Positions 1-11,251 of a DNA stretch of 64,000 nucleotides are shown piece after piece (positions within the stretch are counted from its first letter, which is position 1; each line of letters starts with the position of its first letter). Under the pieces are notes generated by a model. That model worked only from the letters and a program-made list of their open reading frames with translations, was not told where the DNA came from and ran no database searches. The position numbers were made by a program, and so were the translations under genes. The stretch is taken from contig CAYLRA010000010.1 in NCBI GenBank assembly GCA_964386045.1, forward strand, positions 8,809 through 72,808, read 5' to 3'. This stretch comes from an uncultured Verrucomicrobiaceae bacterium. Its GTDB lineage: Bacteria > Pseudomonadota > Gammaproteobacteria > Pseudomonadales > CAMLJR01.

Positions 1-740
1 TGCCAGCCGTGTTCGAGCAGCAGCCAGCCACCCGTGTGCAACCACGACGGTGCCTGCGCAACGATCAGCTCGATATCGGCGAGACCATTGTGCCCGGCCA
101 CCAGCGCTGTGTGCGGCTCGAAGCGCACGTCGCCCTGCGCGAGATGCGGATCATCAACCGCGATGTAGGGCGGATTGGAAACGATCAGGTCGAAACGACG
201 CGAAGCATCGAGCTCGGCAAACCAGTTCGACTGAATGAATTCGACAGGCTGCAGCTGCAGCTTCTGTGCATTGCGCTTCGCCAATGCCACGGCATCCTGC
301 GAACGATCGATACCGCACACGCTCCACGTCGGTCGCTCGCTCGCCAATGCCAATGCGATGGCGCCAGTGCCAGTGCCGAGATCGAGTACCGCGCGCGACT
401 CTTCATCACACAGTTCGAGCGCGTCATCGAATAATTCAAGAACAATTTCGACCAGCCGCTCGGTGTCGGGGCGCGGAATCAAGGTGCTGGCGTCCACTTC
501 AAGCGTCAGCGACCAGAATTCGCGCACACCGAGCAGGTGTGCGACCGGTTCACCGCGCGCGCGCCGCGCCAGCAGCTCGCGAAATTTTCGCTCGTCTTCG
601 GCATCGACTTCGCGTTCAGCGAACGCGCGCAGATAGCTGCGATTGCGACCGAGGCAGTGCGCCAGCAGCAACTCGGCGTCGAGTGTCGCCGTGTCGCTGT
701 CGGGCAGTTCGGCGGCCGCGAGCAATTCACCGACGTTCAT
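1..740 (-). CDS. prmC: Release-factor glutamine N5-methyltransferase PrmC/HemK (5' part; gene runs off the left edge)
   Basis: Absent from the ORF track because it is open-ended. My own minus-strand translation from ATG 740-738 gives MNVGELLAAAELPDSDTATLDAELLLAH...VLDLGTGTGAIALALA (SAM-binding G-loop)...FDLIVSNPPYI (NPPY catalytic motif at 176-165, in frame with the ATG). Lies downstream of prfA as in the conserved hemA-prfA-prmC operon. Confidence 0.9.
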   Translation of the reverse strand, partial: MNVGELLAAAELPDSDTATLDAELLLAHCLGRNRSYLRAFAEREVDAEDERKFRELLARRARGEPVAHLLGVREFWSLTLEVDASTLIPRPDTERLVEIVLELFDDALELCDEESRAVLDLGTGTGAIALALASERPTWSVCGIDRSQDAVALAKRNAQKLQLQPVEFIQSNWFAELDASRRFDLIVSNPPYIAVDDPHLAQGDVRFEPHTALVAGHNGLADIELIVAQAPSWLHTGGWLLLEHGW

Positions 741-758
741 TGGCGTACTCCGATGGCC

Positions 759-865
759 CTCCCCTGCGCAGTAGGGGAGGTGCCCGAAGGGCGGAGGGGT
801 CCGCGTTCGTCGAACCCATGACCCCCTCGCCCCTTCGGGGCACTCCCCCTATTTCATAGGGAGAG
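759..865. repeat. REP/MITE-like nested palindromic element, copy A (between prfA stop and prmC start)
   Basis: The left arm CTCCCCTGCGCAGTAGGGGAGGTGCCCGAAGGGCGGAGGGGTCC is mirrored by the right arm GACCCCCTCGCCCCTTCGGGGCACTCCCCCTATTTCATAGGGAGAG. Each arm also holds a small CTCCCCT..AGGGGAG hairpin. A second copy with the same core (AGGGGAGGTGCC...GGCGGAGGGGTCCGC) lies at 48850-48972. Confidence 0.8.
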
Positions 866-884
866 ACTGATGGCAGCGTCGTCA

Positions 885-1976
885 TCAGGCATCGCCCATC
901 GACGCCAGCAGGTCGGCCTGATGCTCCTGCAGCAGCGCATCGATGACCGGGTCGAGATTGCCGGCAATGATGTCGTCGAGCGAATAGAGCGTCAGGTTGA
1001 TGCGGTGGTCGGTGAGACGCCCCTGCGGGAAGTTGTAGGTGCGAATGCGTTCGGAGCGATCGCCGGAGCCGACCAGGTTGCGGCGCTGCTCCGACTGTTC
1101 GGCGTGTTGTCTGTCCTGCGCCTGCGTCAGCAGTTTTGCCGCCAGCAGCGACATCGCCCGCGCGCGGTTCTTGTGCTGCGAGCGCTCGTCCTGGCACTCG
1201 ACCACGATGCCGGTCGGCAGGTGGGTGATACGAATCGCCGAATCGGTGCGGTTGACGTGCTGGCCACCGGCACCGCTGGCGCGGTAGGTGTCGACGCGCA
1301 GATCAGCCTTGTTGATGTCGATCGACTCGATCTCGTCGATCTCCGGCATCACGGCGACGGTGCAGGCCGAGGTGTGGATGCGCCCCTGCGTCTCGGTTTT
1401 CGGCACGCGCTGCACGCGGTGGCCGCCCGATTCGAATTTCAGCTGGCGATAGACATCCTGTCCTTCGACGCGCGCGATCACTTCTTTATAGCCACCGTGT
1501 TCGCCGCCATTTTCGGAGACGATCTCGACGCGCCACCCCTTGCGCTCGGCGTAACGCGAATACATGCGGAACAGGTCGCCGGCGAAGATCGCCGCCTCGT
1601 CGCCACCGGTGCCGGCGCGCACTTCGAGGTAGATGTTGTGGCTGTCGTTGGGATCGCGCGGCAACATCAGCGTCTGCAGCTCGGCCTCGATCGCCGCCAT
1701 GCGCTCGCGACCGCCGGCGATCTCCTCCTCGGCCATCGCGCGCATCTCGGCGTCACCCTCGGCGATCAGCTCCTGCGCGGTGGCAATGTCCTCCTGCACG
1801 CGGCGATAGGCGTTGTAACCGGCGACCACCGGTTCGATCTCGGAAAACTCGCGCGACAGCGCGCGGAAACGCTCCTGATCGCTGATGGTATCGGCGTCGC
1901 CAAGCAGCGCGGATAACTCCTCGTGGCGATCGAGCAGCTGATCGAGTTTGCGGGCGACGGAGGGTTTCAGGGGCAT
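885..1976 (-). CDS. prfA: Peptide chain release factor 1
   Basis: [25 protein letters not shown]..., GGQ motif in [25 protein letters not shown], PxT-type RF1 body. Start chosen at the internal Met (ORF 885-2096 extends upstream), giving 363 aa. Confidence 0.95.
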   Translation of the reverse strand: MPLKPSVARKLDQLLDRHEELSALLGDADTISDQERFRALSREFSEIEPVVAGYNAYRRVQEDIATAQELIAEGDAEMRAMAEEEIAGGRERMAAIEAELQTLMLPRDPNDSHNIYLEVRAGTGGDEAAIFAGDLFRMYSRYAERKGWRVEIVSENGGEHGGYKEVIARVEGQDVYRQLKFESGGHRVQRVPKTETQGRIHTSACTVAVMPEIDEIESIDINKADLRVDTYRASGAGGQHVNRTDSAIRITHLPTGIVVECQDERSQHKNRARAMSLLAAKLLTQAQDRQHAEQSEQRRNLVGSGDRSERIRTYNFPQGRLTDHRINLTLYSLDDIIAGNLDPVIDALLQEHQADLLASMGDA

Positions 1977-2019
1977 CGGCTTTCCATAAATAAATTCACT
2001 GCAGCGCGGTGGGCTGTAC

Positions 2020-3369
2020 TTATTCGGTCGCGGGCGCCACGCCATTCCCAGCGTCATCGCCAGACGAGGGTTCGGTGTTGTCGTTGACGGCCGCACTCTC
2101 CTGCCCGATCAGCAGATCGAGCTCGAACAGCTGGCGCGACCAGTGGATCACCTCGCTGCGGCCATCGGCACTGGCGCGGCGCATCTGGCTGCTCGGGCTG
2201 TGCAGCCATTTGTTGGTCAGGTTGCGCGCCAGCGTCGTCAGTACCTGCTCCGGTGTTTCGCCCGAGGCCAGGGCGCGCTGCGCCCGCTCCAGCTCGCGGT
2301 CGCGCAGCTGCTCGGCCTTCTCGCGCAGCGCACGCACCGTTGCCACCGCGTCGAGTGCGCGCAGCTGCTGATAGAACAGCTCGACATTGCCGGCGATGAT
2401 CAGGTCGGCCTTGCGCGCTTCGCTCTCGCGACTTCTACGCCCCTCGTCGACGATCTCCTTCAGGTCATCGACGGTATAGAGAAAGACATCGTCGAGTTCG
2501 GCCACTTCGGCTTCGATGTCGCGCGGCACGGCGATGTCGACCATCAGCATTGGCTTGTGTTTGCGCTGCTTCAACGCACTCTCGACGGCGCCCTTGCCGA
2601 GGATCGGCAGCTGGCTGGCAGTCGAGCTGATGACGATATCGGCGCGGTGCAGCTGCTCGGGAATGTCGGCCAGCAGCACTGCTTCGGCGCGAAACTGCTC
2701 GGCCAGCTCGCGCGCGCGCGACAGCGTGCGGTTGGCGACGACGATCTCCCCCACCCCCTTGTCGACCAGATGCCGGGCCACCAGCTCGATGGTCTCGCCG
2801 GCGCCGATCAGCAGTGCACGGGTCTTTTTCAGGTCGGAGAAGATGTGGCTGGTCAGGTTGACGGCGGCGTAGGCCACCGACACCGGGTTGGCGCCGATCG
2901 CGGTGTCAGTGCGCACCTGCTTGGCGGTGGCGAAGACGTGGGAGAAGACCCGTCCGAGTTCGCCGCCGAGGCTGCCGGCCTGGTTGGCGACGGCGTAGGC
3001 CGACTTGAGCTGGCCGAGGATCTGCGGCTCGCCGAGGATCATCGAGTCGAGCCCGCTCGCCACCTGCATCATGTGGCGCAGCGCCTCGCGCTCGGGATAG
3101 GCGTAGCAGCAACTCTCCAGCTCCTCCTGCGGCAGGCCGTGGTAGCGGGCCAGCCAGTCGAGGGTGCGCCGCCACCCCGCCTCGTAGCTGTCGGCGGCGG
3201 CAAAGATCTCGGTGCGATTGCAGGTCGACAGGATCGCCACTTCATCCAGCACGGCCTCGCGCAGCGCCTGCGACAGCGCCGCCTCCAGCTGTTCCGGCGC
3301 GAAGCTGACCCGCTCGCGCAGGGCGAGTGGTGCGGACTTGTGGTTGATTCCGACGACCAGCAGGCTCAT
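2020..3369 (-). CDS. hemA: Glutamyl-tRNA reductase
   Basis: [23 protein letters not shown]... N-terminus typical of HemA, and NADPH Rossmann motif [16 protein letters not shown]. Start taken at the Met preceding LLVVGINHK. Confidence 0.93.
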   Translation of the reverse strand: MSLLVVGINHKSAPLALRERVSFAPEQLEAALSQALREAVLDEVAILSTCNRTEIFAAADSYEAGWRRTLDWLARYHGLPQEELESCCYAYPEREALRHMMQVASGLDSMILGEPQILGQLKSAYAVANQAGSLGGELGRVFSHVFATAKQVRTDTAIGANPVSVAYAAVNLTSHIFSDLKKTRALLIGAGETIELVARHLVDKGVGEIVVANRTLSRARELAEQFRAEAVLLADIPEQLHRADIVISSTASQLPILGKGAVESALKQRKHKPMLMVDIAVPRDIEAEVAELDDVFLYTVDDLKEIVDEGRRSRESEARKADLIIAGNVELFYQQLRALDAVATVRALREKAEQLRDRELERAQRALASGETPEQVLTTLARNLTNKWLHSPSSQMRRASADGRSEVIHWSRQLFELDLLIGQESAAVNDNTEPSSGDDAGNGVAPATE

Positions 3370-3546
3370 GAATTGGCCAAGTTGTTTGAATCGGCAGCAA
3401 TGGCCGGGGCAAAAAGCGCGTAATTCTATGTTCTGGCACGTCGATTTGGCCATGAGCACGCGGTTTTGACCATGCGTATCCGCCGCAAACCAGCGTGCTA
3501 GACTGCCGCCCTCGATGTCGATTCCCGGCTATTCCACCCGCCTTCC

Positions 3547-5274
3547 ATGAAATCACTGTACAGCTCCGTGCTGCTTGGCTGCCTCCTTTTGGCCGCCTGT
3601 ACCACCCTGCCGCCGGCGCCGGAGCCCGCTCCGGTGCCCGAGGCCGACCTGCCCGGGGCAATCGCGGCTCCGCTGCCGCTGCGCCCGTTCCCGCCCGAAA
3701 GTTTCTACGACCTGCTGGTGGCCGAAGTGGCGGTGCGCCGTGGCGACTACACGCTGGCGCTGACCAACTATCTGCGCCAGGCACAGGCGACTCGCGATAT
3801 CGAAGTGACGGCGCGTGCGACCCGGCTGGCGCAATACCTGCGCGCCGATCGCGAGGCGATGCAGGCGGCGCAATTGTGGGTGGAGCTGGAACCGGAGGAT
3901 GTCGAGGCGCGCTTCACGCTGGCCAGCCTGCTGGCCAAGGCGCAGCGGCCGCAGGAGGCGATGCCGCACATGGTCAAGGTGATGGAGTCGGGCGCACGCG
4001 CCAACTTCGCCGCCATCGCCGCCAGCGCCGCCCAGCTACCGGTCGAGGTACAACAGCAGCTGCTGCTGCAGATCGAGGCGGTCGACCACGCCGACAACAC
4101 CGAACTGATGACCGGCAAGGCGCTGCTGCTGCAGCAGCTCGGCCAGCGCGAAGAGGCGCTGCGGCTGATTCGCGAGGTGCTCGAACGGGCGCCGGACGAC
4201 ACCCACGCCATCATCGTCGAGGCGCGCCTGCTGCAGGAGATGGGTCGCCACGACGAGGCCTTCGCACGGCTGTCGGCAATGGTCGAGCAGTATCCGCACA
4301 ACCGCCGGCTGCGCCTGCAGTACGCGCGCCTGCTGACCGAAACCGACCTGGCGCTGGCACAGCAACAGTTCGAGATCCTCGTGCAGCAATCACCCAGCGA
4401 CGGCGAGCTGCTGCTGTCGCTGGCACTGATCTGCCGCGAGCGCGGCGAACTCGAAACCGCCGAACAGCATTTCAATACCCTGCTGACCCGCGGCCAGCAC
4501 GCCAACGAAGCGCACTACTATCTGGGCCAGCTGGCCGAGCAGCGCCACGACCGCGATGCCGCCGTCGGCCACTACGAGCAGGTGACACCGGGCGATGAGT
4601 TCCTGCCGGCGCTGGGCCGCGTCATCGACCTGCGCCTGCAGGCGGGCGACTTCGACGCGCTGCACACCCACCTCTCCGCCCTGCGCAGCCGCTACCCGGA
4701 TCACGCCGTGCGGCTCTACCTGCTGGAGTCGGAGCTGCTGATGCAGCGCAAGGATTACAACGGCGGCCACAAGCTGCTGAGCGAGGCGCTGCGCCGCCAC
4801 CCCGGCCAGCACCCCCTGCTCTACGCGCGCTCGATGTTCAGCGAGAAGCGGCGCGACCTGCCACAACTGGAGCGCGACCTGCGCGAGATACTCGCCGCCG
4901 AGCCGGACAACGCCATCGCGCTGAATGCGCTCGGCTACTCGCTGCTGAACATGAGCAACCGCTACGCCGAGGCCTACCGGCTGATCCAGCGCGCCCACGT
5001 ACTGAAGCCGGACGATCCCGCCATCCTCGACAGCCTCGGCTGGGCCGAGTACCGGCGCGGCAACCTGGCCGAGGCGCGCCGGCTGCTGGAGCTGGCCTAC
5101 GCCTCGTTCCCCGACGAAGAGGTGGCCGCCCATCTCGGCGAGGTGCTGTTCCGCCTCGGCGAAAAGGAGAAGGCACGCGAACTGCTGCTGGATGCACTGC
5201 AGAAAGACCCCAACAGCGACCTGGTGCGCGAGGCGATCCGGCGCTTCGTCGAAACGCCGCCCGGCGCGCAGTAA
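3547..5274 (+). CDS. TPR-repeat lipoprotein (conserved neighbour of hemA/lolB)
   Basis: Signal peptide plus lipobox MKSLYSSVLLGCLLLAAC. Multiple TPR-like helices (ALNALGYSLL, DSLGWAEYRRGNLAEARRLLELAY). Occupies the same position as the TPR gene between hemA and lolB in Pseudomonas. Confidence 0.8.
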   Translation: MKSLYSSVLLGCLLLAACTTLPPAPEPAPVPEADLPGAIAAPLPLRPFPPESFYDLLVAEVAVRRGDYTLALTNYLRQAQATRDIEVTARATRLAQYLRADREAMQAAQLWVELEPEDVEARFTLASLLAKAQRPQEAMPHMVKVMESGARANFAAIAASAAQLPVEVQQQLLLQIEAVDHADNTELMTGKALLLQQLGQREEALRLIREVLERAPDDTHAIIVEARLLQEMGRHDEAFARLSAMVEQYPHNRRLRLQYARLLTETDLALAQQQFEILVQQSPSDGELLLSLALICRERGELETAEQHFNTLLTRGQHANEAHYYLGQLAEQRHDRDAAVGHYEQVTPGDEFLPALGRVIDLRLQAGDFDALHTHLSALRSRYPDHAVRLYLLESELLMQRKDYNGGHKLLSEALRRHPGQHPLLYARSMFSEKRRDLPQLERDLREILAAEPDNAIALNALGYSLLNMSNRYAEAYRLIQRAHVLKPDDPAILDSLGWAEYRRGNLAEARRLLELAYASFPDEEVAAHLGEVLFRLGEKEKARELLLDALQKDPNSDLVREAIRRFVETPPGAQ

Positions 5275-5284
5275 TAAATAGAAG

Positions 5285-5875
5285 ATGGAATCGCCGATCC
5301 GGTTTCGATGCCTGGCGCTCGCCGCAGCCCTGTTGTGGCTGGCGGGCTGTACGCCGACCGGCATCCAGCCCGGCGTCGACGACCAGCGGCGCTGGCAGCT
5401 GAGCGGTCGCCTCGGCCTGCGCGGCGACAACTTCGCCGAGAGCGCGTCGATCCACTGGCGCCAGTGTGGCCCCCACGTCGACATCCGCCTCTCCGGCCCG
5501 CTCGGCCAGACCGTGGCGCGCGTCGAGGGGCGCGGCGACCGGCTCAGCGTCTGGATCAACGGCGCAGCGCCGGTGGTGACAGACGACCCGGAGGCACTGC
5601 TGCAACAGCGCCTCGGCTGGAGCATCCCGGTGCGCGCGCTGCGTCACTGGGTGCGCGGCGAGGCGGCACCCGGCCAGCACCGCCTGATCGGCGACCAGCG
5701 CCAGCCGCAGGCACTGGAGCAATCCGGCTGGCGCATCGACTATCTCGACTACCACAGCAGCGGCGATATTGCGCTGCCGGCAAAACTGCAGCTGCGCGAC
5801 CCGAACCTGACGGCGACGCTGATCATCCGCGACTGGCTGCTCGGCGACGCGGTCAACGGCTGTCCCGGCACCTGA
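5285..5875 (+). CDS. lolB: Outer-membrane lipoprotein receptor LolB
   Basis: Lipobox LWLAGC, ~195 aa, and a position directly upstream of ispE as in most Gammaproteobacteria. Confidence 0.8.
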   Translation: MESPIRFRCLALAAALLWLAGCTPTGIQPGVDDQRRWQLSGRLGLRGDNFAESASIHWRQCGPHVDIRLSGPLGQTVARVEGRGDRLSVWINGAAPVVTDDPEALLQQRLGWSIPVRALRHWVRGEAAPGQHRLIGDQRQPQALEQSGWRIDYLDYHSSGDIALPAKLQLRDPNLTATLIIRDWLLGDAVNGCPGT

Positions 5876-5876
5876 G

Positions 5877-6740
5877 ATGGCCACGATGCTGACGTTGCCC
5901 GCCCCCGCCAAACTCAACCTCTTTCTGCACGTCACCGGCCGCCGCGCCGATGGCTACCACACGCTGCAGACGCTGTTCCAGCTGCTCGACCACGGCGACA
6001 CGCTGCACTTCGCGCCGCGCGACGATGGCGCCATCACGCTGACGCCCGACCTCACCGGCGTACCGACCGAGCAAAACCTGATCGTGCGTGCGGCGCGACT
6101 GCTGCAGCGGGAGAGCGGCTGCCGGCTCGGCGCCGACATTTGCCTCGACAAGCGGCTGCCGCTGGGTGGTGGCATCGGCGGCGGCAGCTCCGACGCCGCG
6201 ACGACACTGCTCGGGCTGAACCATCTGTGGCAACTGGGACTGTCGATCGACACCCTCGCACGGCTCGGACTGCAACTCGGCGCCGACGTGCCGGTGTTCG
6301 TGCAGGGTCGCAGTGCCTGGGCGGAAGGGGTTGGCGAGCAGCTGACGCCGGTCGATCTGCCGGCACGTAACTACCTGATTTTGGTGCCTCCCTGCGCCGT
6401 TTCGACGGCTGGCATTTTTTCTTCCGAAGCGTTGACACGTCATACCGTCGCCATCACAATAGCGGCCTTTCGCGAACAGGGGGGTCGAAATGACTGCGAA
6501 CCTGTCGTGCGAAAGCTCCATCCGGAAGTGGCATTTGCCCTCGACTGGCTGAGCAATTTCGCACCTTCGCGAATGACAGGCACAGGCGCCTGTGTCTTCG
6601 CCGCAATCAATGATCGCGCCATCGCCGAGAACCTTCTCGCGCAGCGTCCCGCCGGTTACGGCGGGTTCGTCGCAACCGGGGTCAATCACTCCCCGTTGCA
6701 CACGGCACTGAACATCGACAGCGACGACAGACAAGCTTGA
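5877..6740 (+). CDS. ispE: 4-diphosphocytidyl-2-C-methyl-D-erythritol kinase
   Basis: [28 protein letters not shown]... and GHMP-kinase motif [18 protein letters not shown]. Confidence 0.93.
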   Translation: MATMLTLPAPAKLNLFLHVTGRRADGYHTLQTLFQLLDHGDTLHFAPRDDGAITLTPDLTGVPTEQNLIVRAARLLQRESGCRLGADICLDKRLPLGGGIGGGSSDAATTLLGLNHLWQLGLSIDTLARLGLQLGADVPVFVQGRSAWAEGVGEQLTPVDLPARNYLILVPPCAVSTAGIFSSEALTRHTVAITIAAFREQGGRNDCEPVVRKLHPEVAFALDWLSNFAPSRMTGTGACVFAAINDRAIAENLLAQRPAGYGGFVATGVNHSPLHTALNIDSDDRQA

Positions 6741-6747
6741 TCTTACA

Positions 6748-6821
6748 GGGGTGTCGCCAAGTGGTAAGGCAGCGGGTTTTGATCCCGCCATTCGGTGGTT
6801 CGAGTCCATCCACCCCTGCCA
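6748..6821 (+). tRNA. tRNA-Gln (anticodon TTG)
   Basis: Folded by hand: acceptor AGGGGTG/CACCCCT, anticodon stem GCGGG/CCCGC with loop TT-TTG-AT, T-arm GGTGG-TTCGAGT-CCATC, and encoded CCA. A tRNA-Gln follows ispE in Pseudomonas-type synteny. Confidence 0.9.
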
Positions 6822-6933
6822 TATTCTCCAAGCGCCTTGTGATCCGCCGCCGGCGGCCAGGGGCTTGATGCGGTTCAGATAACAACCCTCCGTGTCTTTC
6901 GCTCAACACCAACCGAACGCAGGAATCGACGCC

Positions 6934-7878
6934 GTGTCCCGCATGATGGTCTTTACCGGCAACGCCAACCCGGAACTGGCCCGCAAGGTGGTCGACCGCC
7001 TGCACATTCCGCTCGGCAGCGCCTCCGTCGGCCGCTTCTCCGACGGCGAAGTGACGGTTGAAATCAACGACAACGTGCGCGGCGGCGACGTGTTCGTGCT
7101 GCAGTCCACCTGCAACCCGACCAACGACAACCTGATGGAGCTGATCCTGATGGTCGACGCGCTGCGCCGCAGCTCGGCCGGACGCATCACCGCCGTCGTC
7201 CCCTATTTCGGCTACTCGCGCCAGGATCGCCGCGTGCGCTCGGTGCGCGTACCGATCAGCGCCCGCGTCGTCGCCGACATGCTGACCACCGCCGGTGTCG
7301 ATCGCGTGCTGACGGTCGACCTGCACGCCGAACAGATCCAGGGCTTCTTCGACAAGCCGGTGGACAACGTCTACGGCTCGCCGGTGCTGGTCGACGACAT
7401 CGAGCGCCAGAACTACGACAACCTGGTGGTGGTCTCGCCAGACATCGGCGGCGTGGTGCGCGCCCGCGCCATCGCCAAGCAGCTGGATGATGCCGACCTC
7501 GCCATCATCGACAAGCGCCGCCCGGCCGCCAACGTCGCGCAGGTGATGCACATCATCGGCGAGGTCTCGGGCCGCACCTGCGTGCTGGTCGACGACATGG
7601 TCGACACCGCCGGCACGCTGTGCAAGGCCGCCACCGCACTGAAGGAGCACGGCGCCGCCAAGGTCGTCGCCTACAGCACGCACCCGGTGCTCTCCGGCAA
7701 GGCGGTCGAGAACATCATGAACTCGCAGCTGGACGAACTGGTCGTCACCGACACCATCCCGCTCAGCGCCGAGGCACAACAGTGCGGGCGTATTCGCGTG
7801 CTGACCATCGCCACGCTGCTGGCCGAGGCGATGCGCCGGGTCAGCAATGAAGAGTCGATCAGCGCGATGTTTCGTTAA
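6934..7878 (+). CDS. prs: Ribose-phosphate pyrophosphokinase
   Basis: (V)[27 protein letters not shown]..., PRPP-binding loop [16 protein letters not shown] at 6934 with AGGAA upstream is preferred. The ORF-track ATG at 6892 is an alternative start. Confidence 0.93.
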   Translation: MSRMMVFTGNANPELARKVVDRLHIPLGSASVGRFSDGEVTVEINDNVRGGDVFVLQSTCNPTNDNLMELILMVDALRRSSAGRITAVVPYFGYSRQDRRVRSVRVPISARVVADMLTTAGVDRVLTVDLHAEQIQGFFDKPVDNVYGSPVLVDDIERQNYDNLVVVSPDIGGVVRARAIAKQLDDADLAIIDKRRPAANVAQVMHIIGEVSGRTCVLVDDMVDTAGTLCKAATALKEHGAAKVVAYSTHPVLSGKAVENIMNSQLDELVVTDTIPLSAEAQQCGRIRVLTIATLLAEAMRRVSNEESISAMFR

Positions 7879-7967
7879 CAACGCAGTTTCAACCAACACG
7901 CCGCCGGACTGGTCGCAGGTCCGGCGGCGTTTTCACGAACGGGCCTCTGGCCCACAGGAGTAACACC

Positions 7968-8582
7968 ATGGCGAACTACAGCCTGCAAGCAGCAGTCCGG
8001 AATGTCGTAGGGAAAGGTGCGAGCCGCCGCCTGCGCCGTCTGGAAGGGACCATCCCGGCCATCATCTACGGTGGCGAGAAGGCCCCGCAGAACATCACGC
8101 TGATCCACAAGGATCTGGCCAAGGCGCTGGAAGATGAAGGCTTCTACAGCCACGTCATCGCCCTCGACGTCGAAGGCGCCGGCACCGAGAAAGTGGTGCT
8201 GAAAGCCCTGCAACGTCACCCGTCGAAACCGCAGATCCTGCACGCCGACTTCCTGCGCGTCGACGACACCCACTTCATCACCATGCGCGTGCCGCTGCAC
8301 TTCCTGAACGAAGAGAAGTGCCCCGGCGTCAAGCTCGGTGGCGGCTCGGTCAGCCACTCGATGACCGAACTGGAAGTGCGCTGCCTGCCGCAGAACCTGC
8401 CGGAGTTCATCGAGGTCGACCTGGGCGAGATGACCGTCGGTCAGATCCTCCACATCAGCGACCTGAAACTGCCGGCCGCCGTCGAGAGCGTGCAGCTGTC
8501 GCACGGTGCCGAGCACGACCTGCCGGTCGTCAGCGTACTGGCGCCGCGCGGCGGTGCCAGCGAGGAAGGCAGCGAAGGCTGA
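7968..8582 (+). CDS. rplY: 50S ribosomal protein L25 / general stress protein Ctc
   Basis: GKGASRRLRRLEGTIPAIIYGGEKAPQNITL..., long (204 aa) Ctc form, located between prs and pth. Confidence 0.9.
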   Translation: MANYSLQAAVRNVVGKGASRRLRRLEGTIPAIIYGGEKAPQNITLIHKDLAKALEDEGFYSHVIALDVEGAGTEKVVLKALQRHPSKPQILHADFLRVDDTHFITMRVPLHFLNEEKCPGVKLGGGSVSHSMTELEVRCLPQNLPEFIEVDLGEMTVGQILHISDLKLPAAVESVQLSHGAEHDLPVVSVLAPRGGASEEGSEG

Positions 8583-8604
8583 TCCTCCCTCGCGGGTGCC
8601 GGTC

Positions 8605-9186
8605 GTGAGCGCGCTTCGACTGATCGTCGGCCTGGGCAATCCGGGCCGCGAATATGAAGAGACCCGCCACAACGCCGGCGCCTGGCTGGTCGAACAGCTG
8701 GCGCGCAAACACCACTGCGCGCTGGCTGCCGATTCCAAGTTCCACGGCCTCAGCGGTCGCATCCAGCTGGCCGGTCGCGACCTGCGACTGCTCATCCCCA
8801 CCACGTTCATGAACCTGAGCGGCAATGCGGTGGCGGCACTGGCCAACTTCTACAAGATTCCCACCGACGCCATTCTGGTCGCCCACGACGAACTCGATCT
8901 GCCCCCGGGCAGCGCACGCTTCAAACAGGGCGGCAGCGGCGGCGGCAACGGCGTGCGCGATATCATCGCCAAGCTTGGCAACAACGACTTCCATCGACTG
9001 CGCATCGGCATCGGCCATCCCGGCAGCGCCGATCGCGTCACCGGTCATGTACTCGGCAAGCCGACCGGCGACGATCGCATCGCCATCGAACGCTGCATCG
9101 ACGCCGCCATCGACGTGCTGCCACTCGCCGCCAAGGGTGAGTGGGCGCGCGCGATGAACCAACTTCACGCATTCAAGATCGGCTGA
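8605..9186 (+). CDS. pth: Peptidyl-tRNA hydrolase
   Basis: (V)[31 protein letters not shown], the canonical Pth N-terminus. GTG start at 8605; the ORF-track start at 8506 overlaps the rplY 3' end and is rejected. Confidence 0.92.
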   Translation: MSALRLIVGLGNPGREYEETRHNAGAWLVEQLARKHHCALAADSKFHGLSGRIQLAGRDLRLLIPTTFMNLSGNAVAALANFYKIPTDAILVAHDELDLPPGSARFKQGGSGGGNGVRDIIAKLGNNDFHRLRIGIGHPGSADRVTGHVLGKPTGDDRIAIERCIDAAIDVLPLAAKGEWARAMNQLHAFKIG

Positions 9187-9215
9187 ACGGCCGCTCTCAC
9201 AGACAGGACTCCACC

Positions 9216-10307
9216 ATGGGCTTCAACTGCGGCATCGTCGGCCTCCCCAACGTCGGCAAATCGACGCTGTTCAACGCGCTGACCAAGGCCGGCATCGCCG
9301 CCGAGAACTTCCCGTTCTGCACCATCGAGCCTAACGCCGGCATCGTGCCGATGCCCGACCCGCGCCTGCAGGCGCTGGCCGCCATCGTCAAACCCGAGCG
9401 CGTGGTGCCGACGACGATGGAGTTCGTCGATATCGCCGGCCTCGTCGCCGGCGCCTCGAAAGGTGAAGGGCTCGGCAACAAGTTCCTCGCCAACATCCGC
9501 GAGACCGATGCCATCGCCCACGTCGTGCGCTGCTTCGAGGATGACAACGTCATCCACGTCGCCAATGTCGTCAACCCGGCCAACGACATCGAGATCATCA
9601 ACATGGAGCTGGCGCTGGCCGATCTCGACACCGTCGACAAGCAACTGTTGAAAGCGACCAAGCAGGCCAAGGGCGGCGACAAGGAGGCGATCGCACTGAA
9701 AACCGTGCTCGACAGGATTCATCCGCACCTCAGCGAAGGCCAGCCGGTGCGTTCACTGAAACTGCCCGCCGCCGACCTGCTGGTGCTGAAACCACTGAAC
9801 CTGCTGACCACCAAGCCGACGATGTACATCGCCAACGTCAGTGAAGACGGCTTCGACAACAACCCGCACCTCGACACCGTGCGCCGCATCGCCGAGAGCG
9901 AGGGCGCCGTCGTCGTGCCGATCTGCAACAAGATCGAAGCGGAGATCGCCGAGCTGGAGGATGACGAGAAGGCCGAATTCCTCGACGCCCTCGGCATGAC
10001 CGAACCGGGCCTCGACCGCGTCATCCGCGCCGGCTACGCGCTGCTCGGCCTGCAGACCTACTTCACCGCTGGCGTAAAAGAAGTGCGCGCCTGGACCGTC
10101 CGCGTCGGCGCCACCGCGCCGCAGGCCGCCGCCGTCATCCACACCGATTTCGAAAAAGGATTCATCCGCGCCGAAGTGATCGCCTACGACGACTTCATCG
10201 CCTGCAACGGCGAACAGGGCGCGAAGGATGCCGGCAAATGGCGGCTGGAGGGCAAGGATTACGTCGTGCAGGATGGCGATGTGGTGCACTTTCGGTTCAA
10301 CGTCTGA
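9216..10307 (+). CDS. ychF: Ribosome-binding ATPase YchF
   Basis: [40 protein letters not shown] (P-loop plus OBG-type G domain), 363 aa. Confidence 0.95.
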   Translation: MGFNCGIVGLPNVGKSTLFNALTKAGIAAENFPFCTIEPNAGIVPMPDPRLQALAAIVKPERVVPTTMEFVDIAGLVAGASKGEGLGNKFLANIRETDAIAHVVRCFEDDNVIHVANVVNPANDIEIINMELALADLDTVDKQLLKATKQAKGGDKEAIALKTVLDRIHPHLSEGQPVRSLKLPAADLLVLKPLNLLTTKPTMYIANVSEDGFDNNPHLDTVRRIAESEGAVVVPICNKIEAEIAELEDDEKAEFLDALGMTEPGLDRVIRAGYALLGLQTYFTAGVKEVRAWTVRVGATAPQAAAVIHTDFEKGFIRAEVIAYDDFIACNGEQGAKDAGKWRLEGKDYVVQDGDVVHFRFNV

Positions 10308-10330
10308 GGAACCATTGCGGGGCTACATCC

Positions 10331-10422
10331 GGGGTATCTGAAAACGTAAGTGGGGTATCCCTGAAAGCAGGTTCCGTCAAACGTTTCGCGATATATAACG
10401 AATAATGATATTTTTCGCGAAA
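10331..10422 (+). promoter_or_regulatory. Candidate abiE promoter/operator (direct and inverted repeats in an AT-rich patch)
   Basis: Direct repeats GGGGTATCTGAAA (10331-10343) and GGGGTATCCCTGAAA (10352-10366) are spaced 21 bp apart. Inverted repeat TTTCGCGA (10384-10391) / TCGCGAAA (10415-10422) flanks ATATATAACGAATAATGATATTT. AbiEi antitoxins are known to autoregulate through repeats in their promoter. Confidence 0.45.
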
Positions 10423-10438
10423 TGATTGAGGAAACCCG

Positions 10439-11251
10439 ATGGCTGCCCCCAGCCCCCTGTCCGCCGTTCTCGACGAGGCCGAACGCGCCGGCAAATTGAA
10501 CCTGCGCACCCGGGACATCCATGCGGCGCTGCCCGGCCTCAGTGAAGCGGCCCTGCATCAGGCCCTGCATCGACAGCAGCGGCGTGGTCGGCTCGTCCGA
10601 CTGTCCCGCGGTTCGGATCATTGGCTCATCGTGCCATTGCAACACGCCGCGGCCGGCGCCCCGCCACTGGAAGTCTGGCTGGACCGCTACATGAGCAAGA
10701 CGCTGGGCATCCCCTACTACGTCACGCTGCTGAGCGCGGCCGAAGCCTATGGAGCCTCGCCCTATGCTGTGATGGTCACGCAGGTGATGGTGCCTGAGCG
10801 CCGGCGCCCCATCACGGTCGGCCACCACGAGGTGGTGTTTCGTACCCGCGCACGGATAGAAGACATGCCGACGCGCTGGCACGAAACGCCTGATGGGCGC
10901 TTCAAGATCGGCACACCGGAACTGACCGCGCTGGAACTGGTGGAGCGAGCATCCCTGGTCGGTGGCATGGCCCGCGTTCGGGAAGTGCTGCGGGAACTGT
11001 GGATGCCCTGCACACCACAGGGACTGACCGAGGCGCTGGAGGCTTTGCAGGAAATCCCGACCGCACAACGTCTCGGGGTCTTGCTCACCCTGGAAAACCA
11101 GAGTGCCCTCGCCTCGCGGGTCGCCGACTGGTTGAGCGACAAATCACTGCGTCTCGTGCCGCTGGAACACGGGCAGGCGCGGGACACATCTTCTGAAGTC
11201 GACGCCACCTTCAAGGTGCGACTGACCACGGACGCCAGGGCCAACACATGA
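10439..11251 (+). CDS. abiEi: AbiEi-family antitoxin / transcriptional regulator (type IV TA, abortive infection)
   Basis: 270 aa with a wHTH-like N-terminus (LRTRDIHAALPGLSEAALHQALHRQQRRGRLVRLSRG) and C-terminal domain YYVTLLSAAEAYGASP... typical of AbiEi. The stop overlaps the next ATG (ATGA at 11248-11251). Confidence 0.8.
   Translation: MAAPSPLSAVLDEAERAGKLNLRTRDIHAALPGLSEAALHQALHRQQRRGRLVRLSRGSDHWLIVPLQHAAAGAPPLEVWLDRYMSKTLGIPYYVTLLSAAEAYGASPYAVMVTQVMVPERRRPITVGHHEVVFRTRARIEDMPTRWHETPDGRFKIGTPELTALELVERASLVGGMARVREVLRELWMPCTPQGLTEALEALQEIPTAQRLGVLLTLENQSALASRVADWLSDKSLRLVPLEHGQARDTSSEVDATFKVRLTTDARANT

Noticed and set aside
9-434. 141-aa plus-strand ORF at the left edge
   Set aside because: It is antisense to prmC, whose NPPY and SAM-binding motifs are read on the minus strand.
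3495-4598. 367-aa plus-strand ORF overlapping the TPR lipoprotein gene in another frame (plus many other alternative-frame ORFs in the track)
   Set aside because: The product would be Pro/Arg/Ala/Gly-rich. The TPR frame has a lipobox signal and repeat structure, so only one frame can be real.
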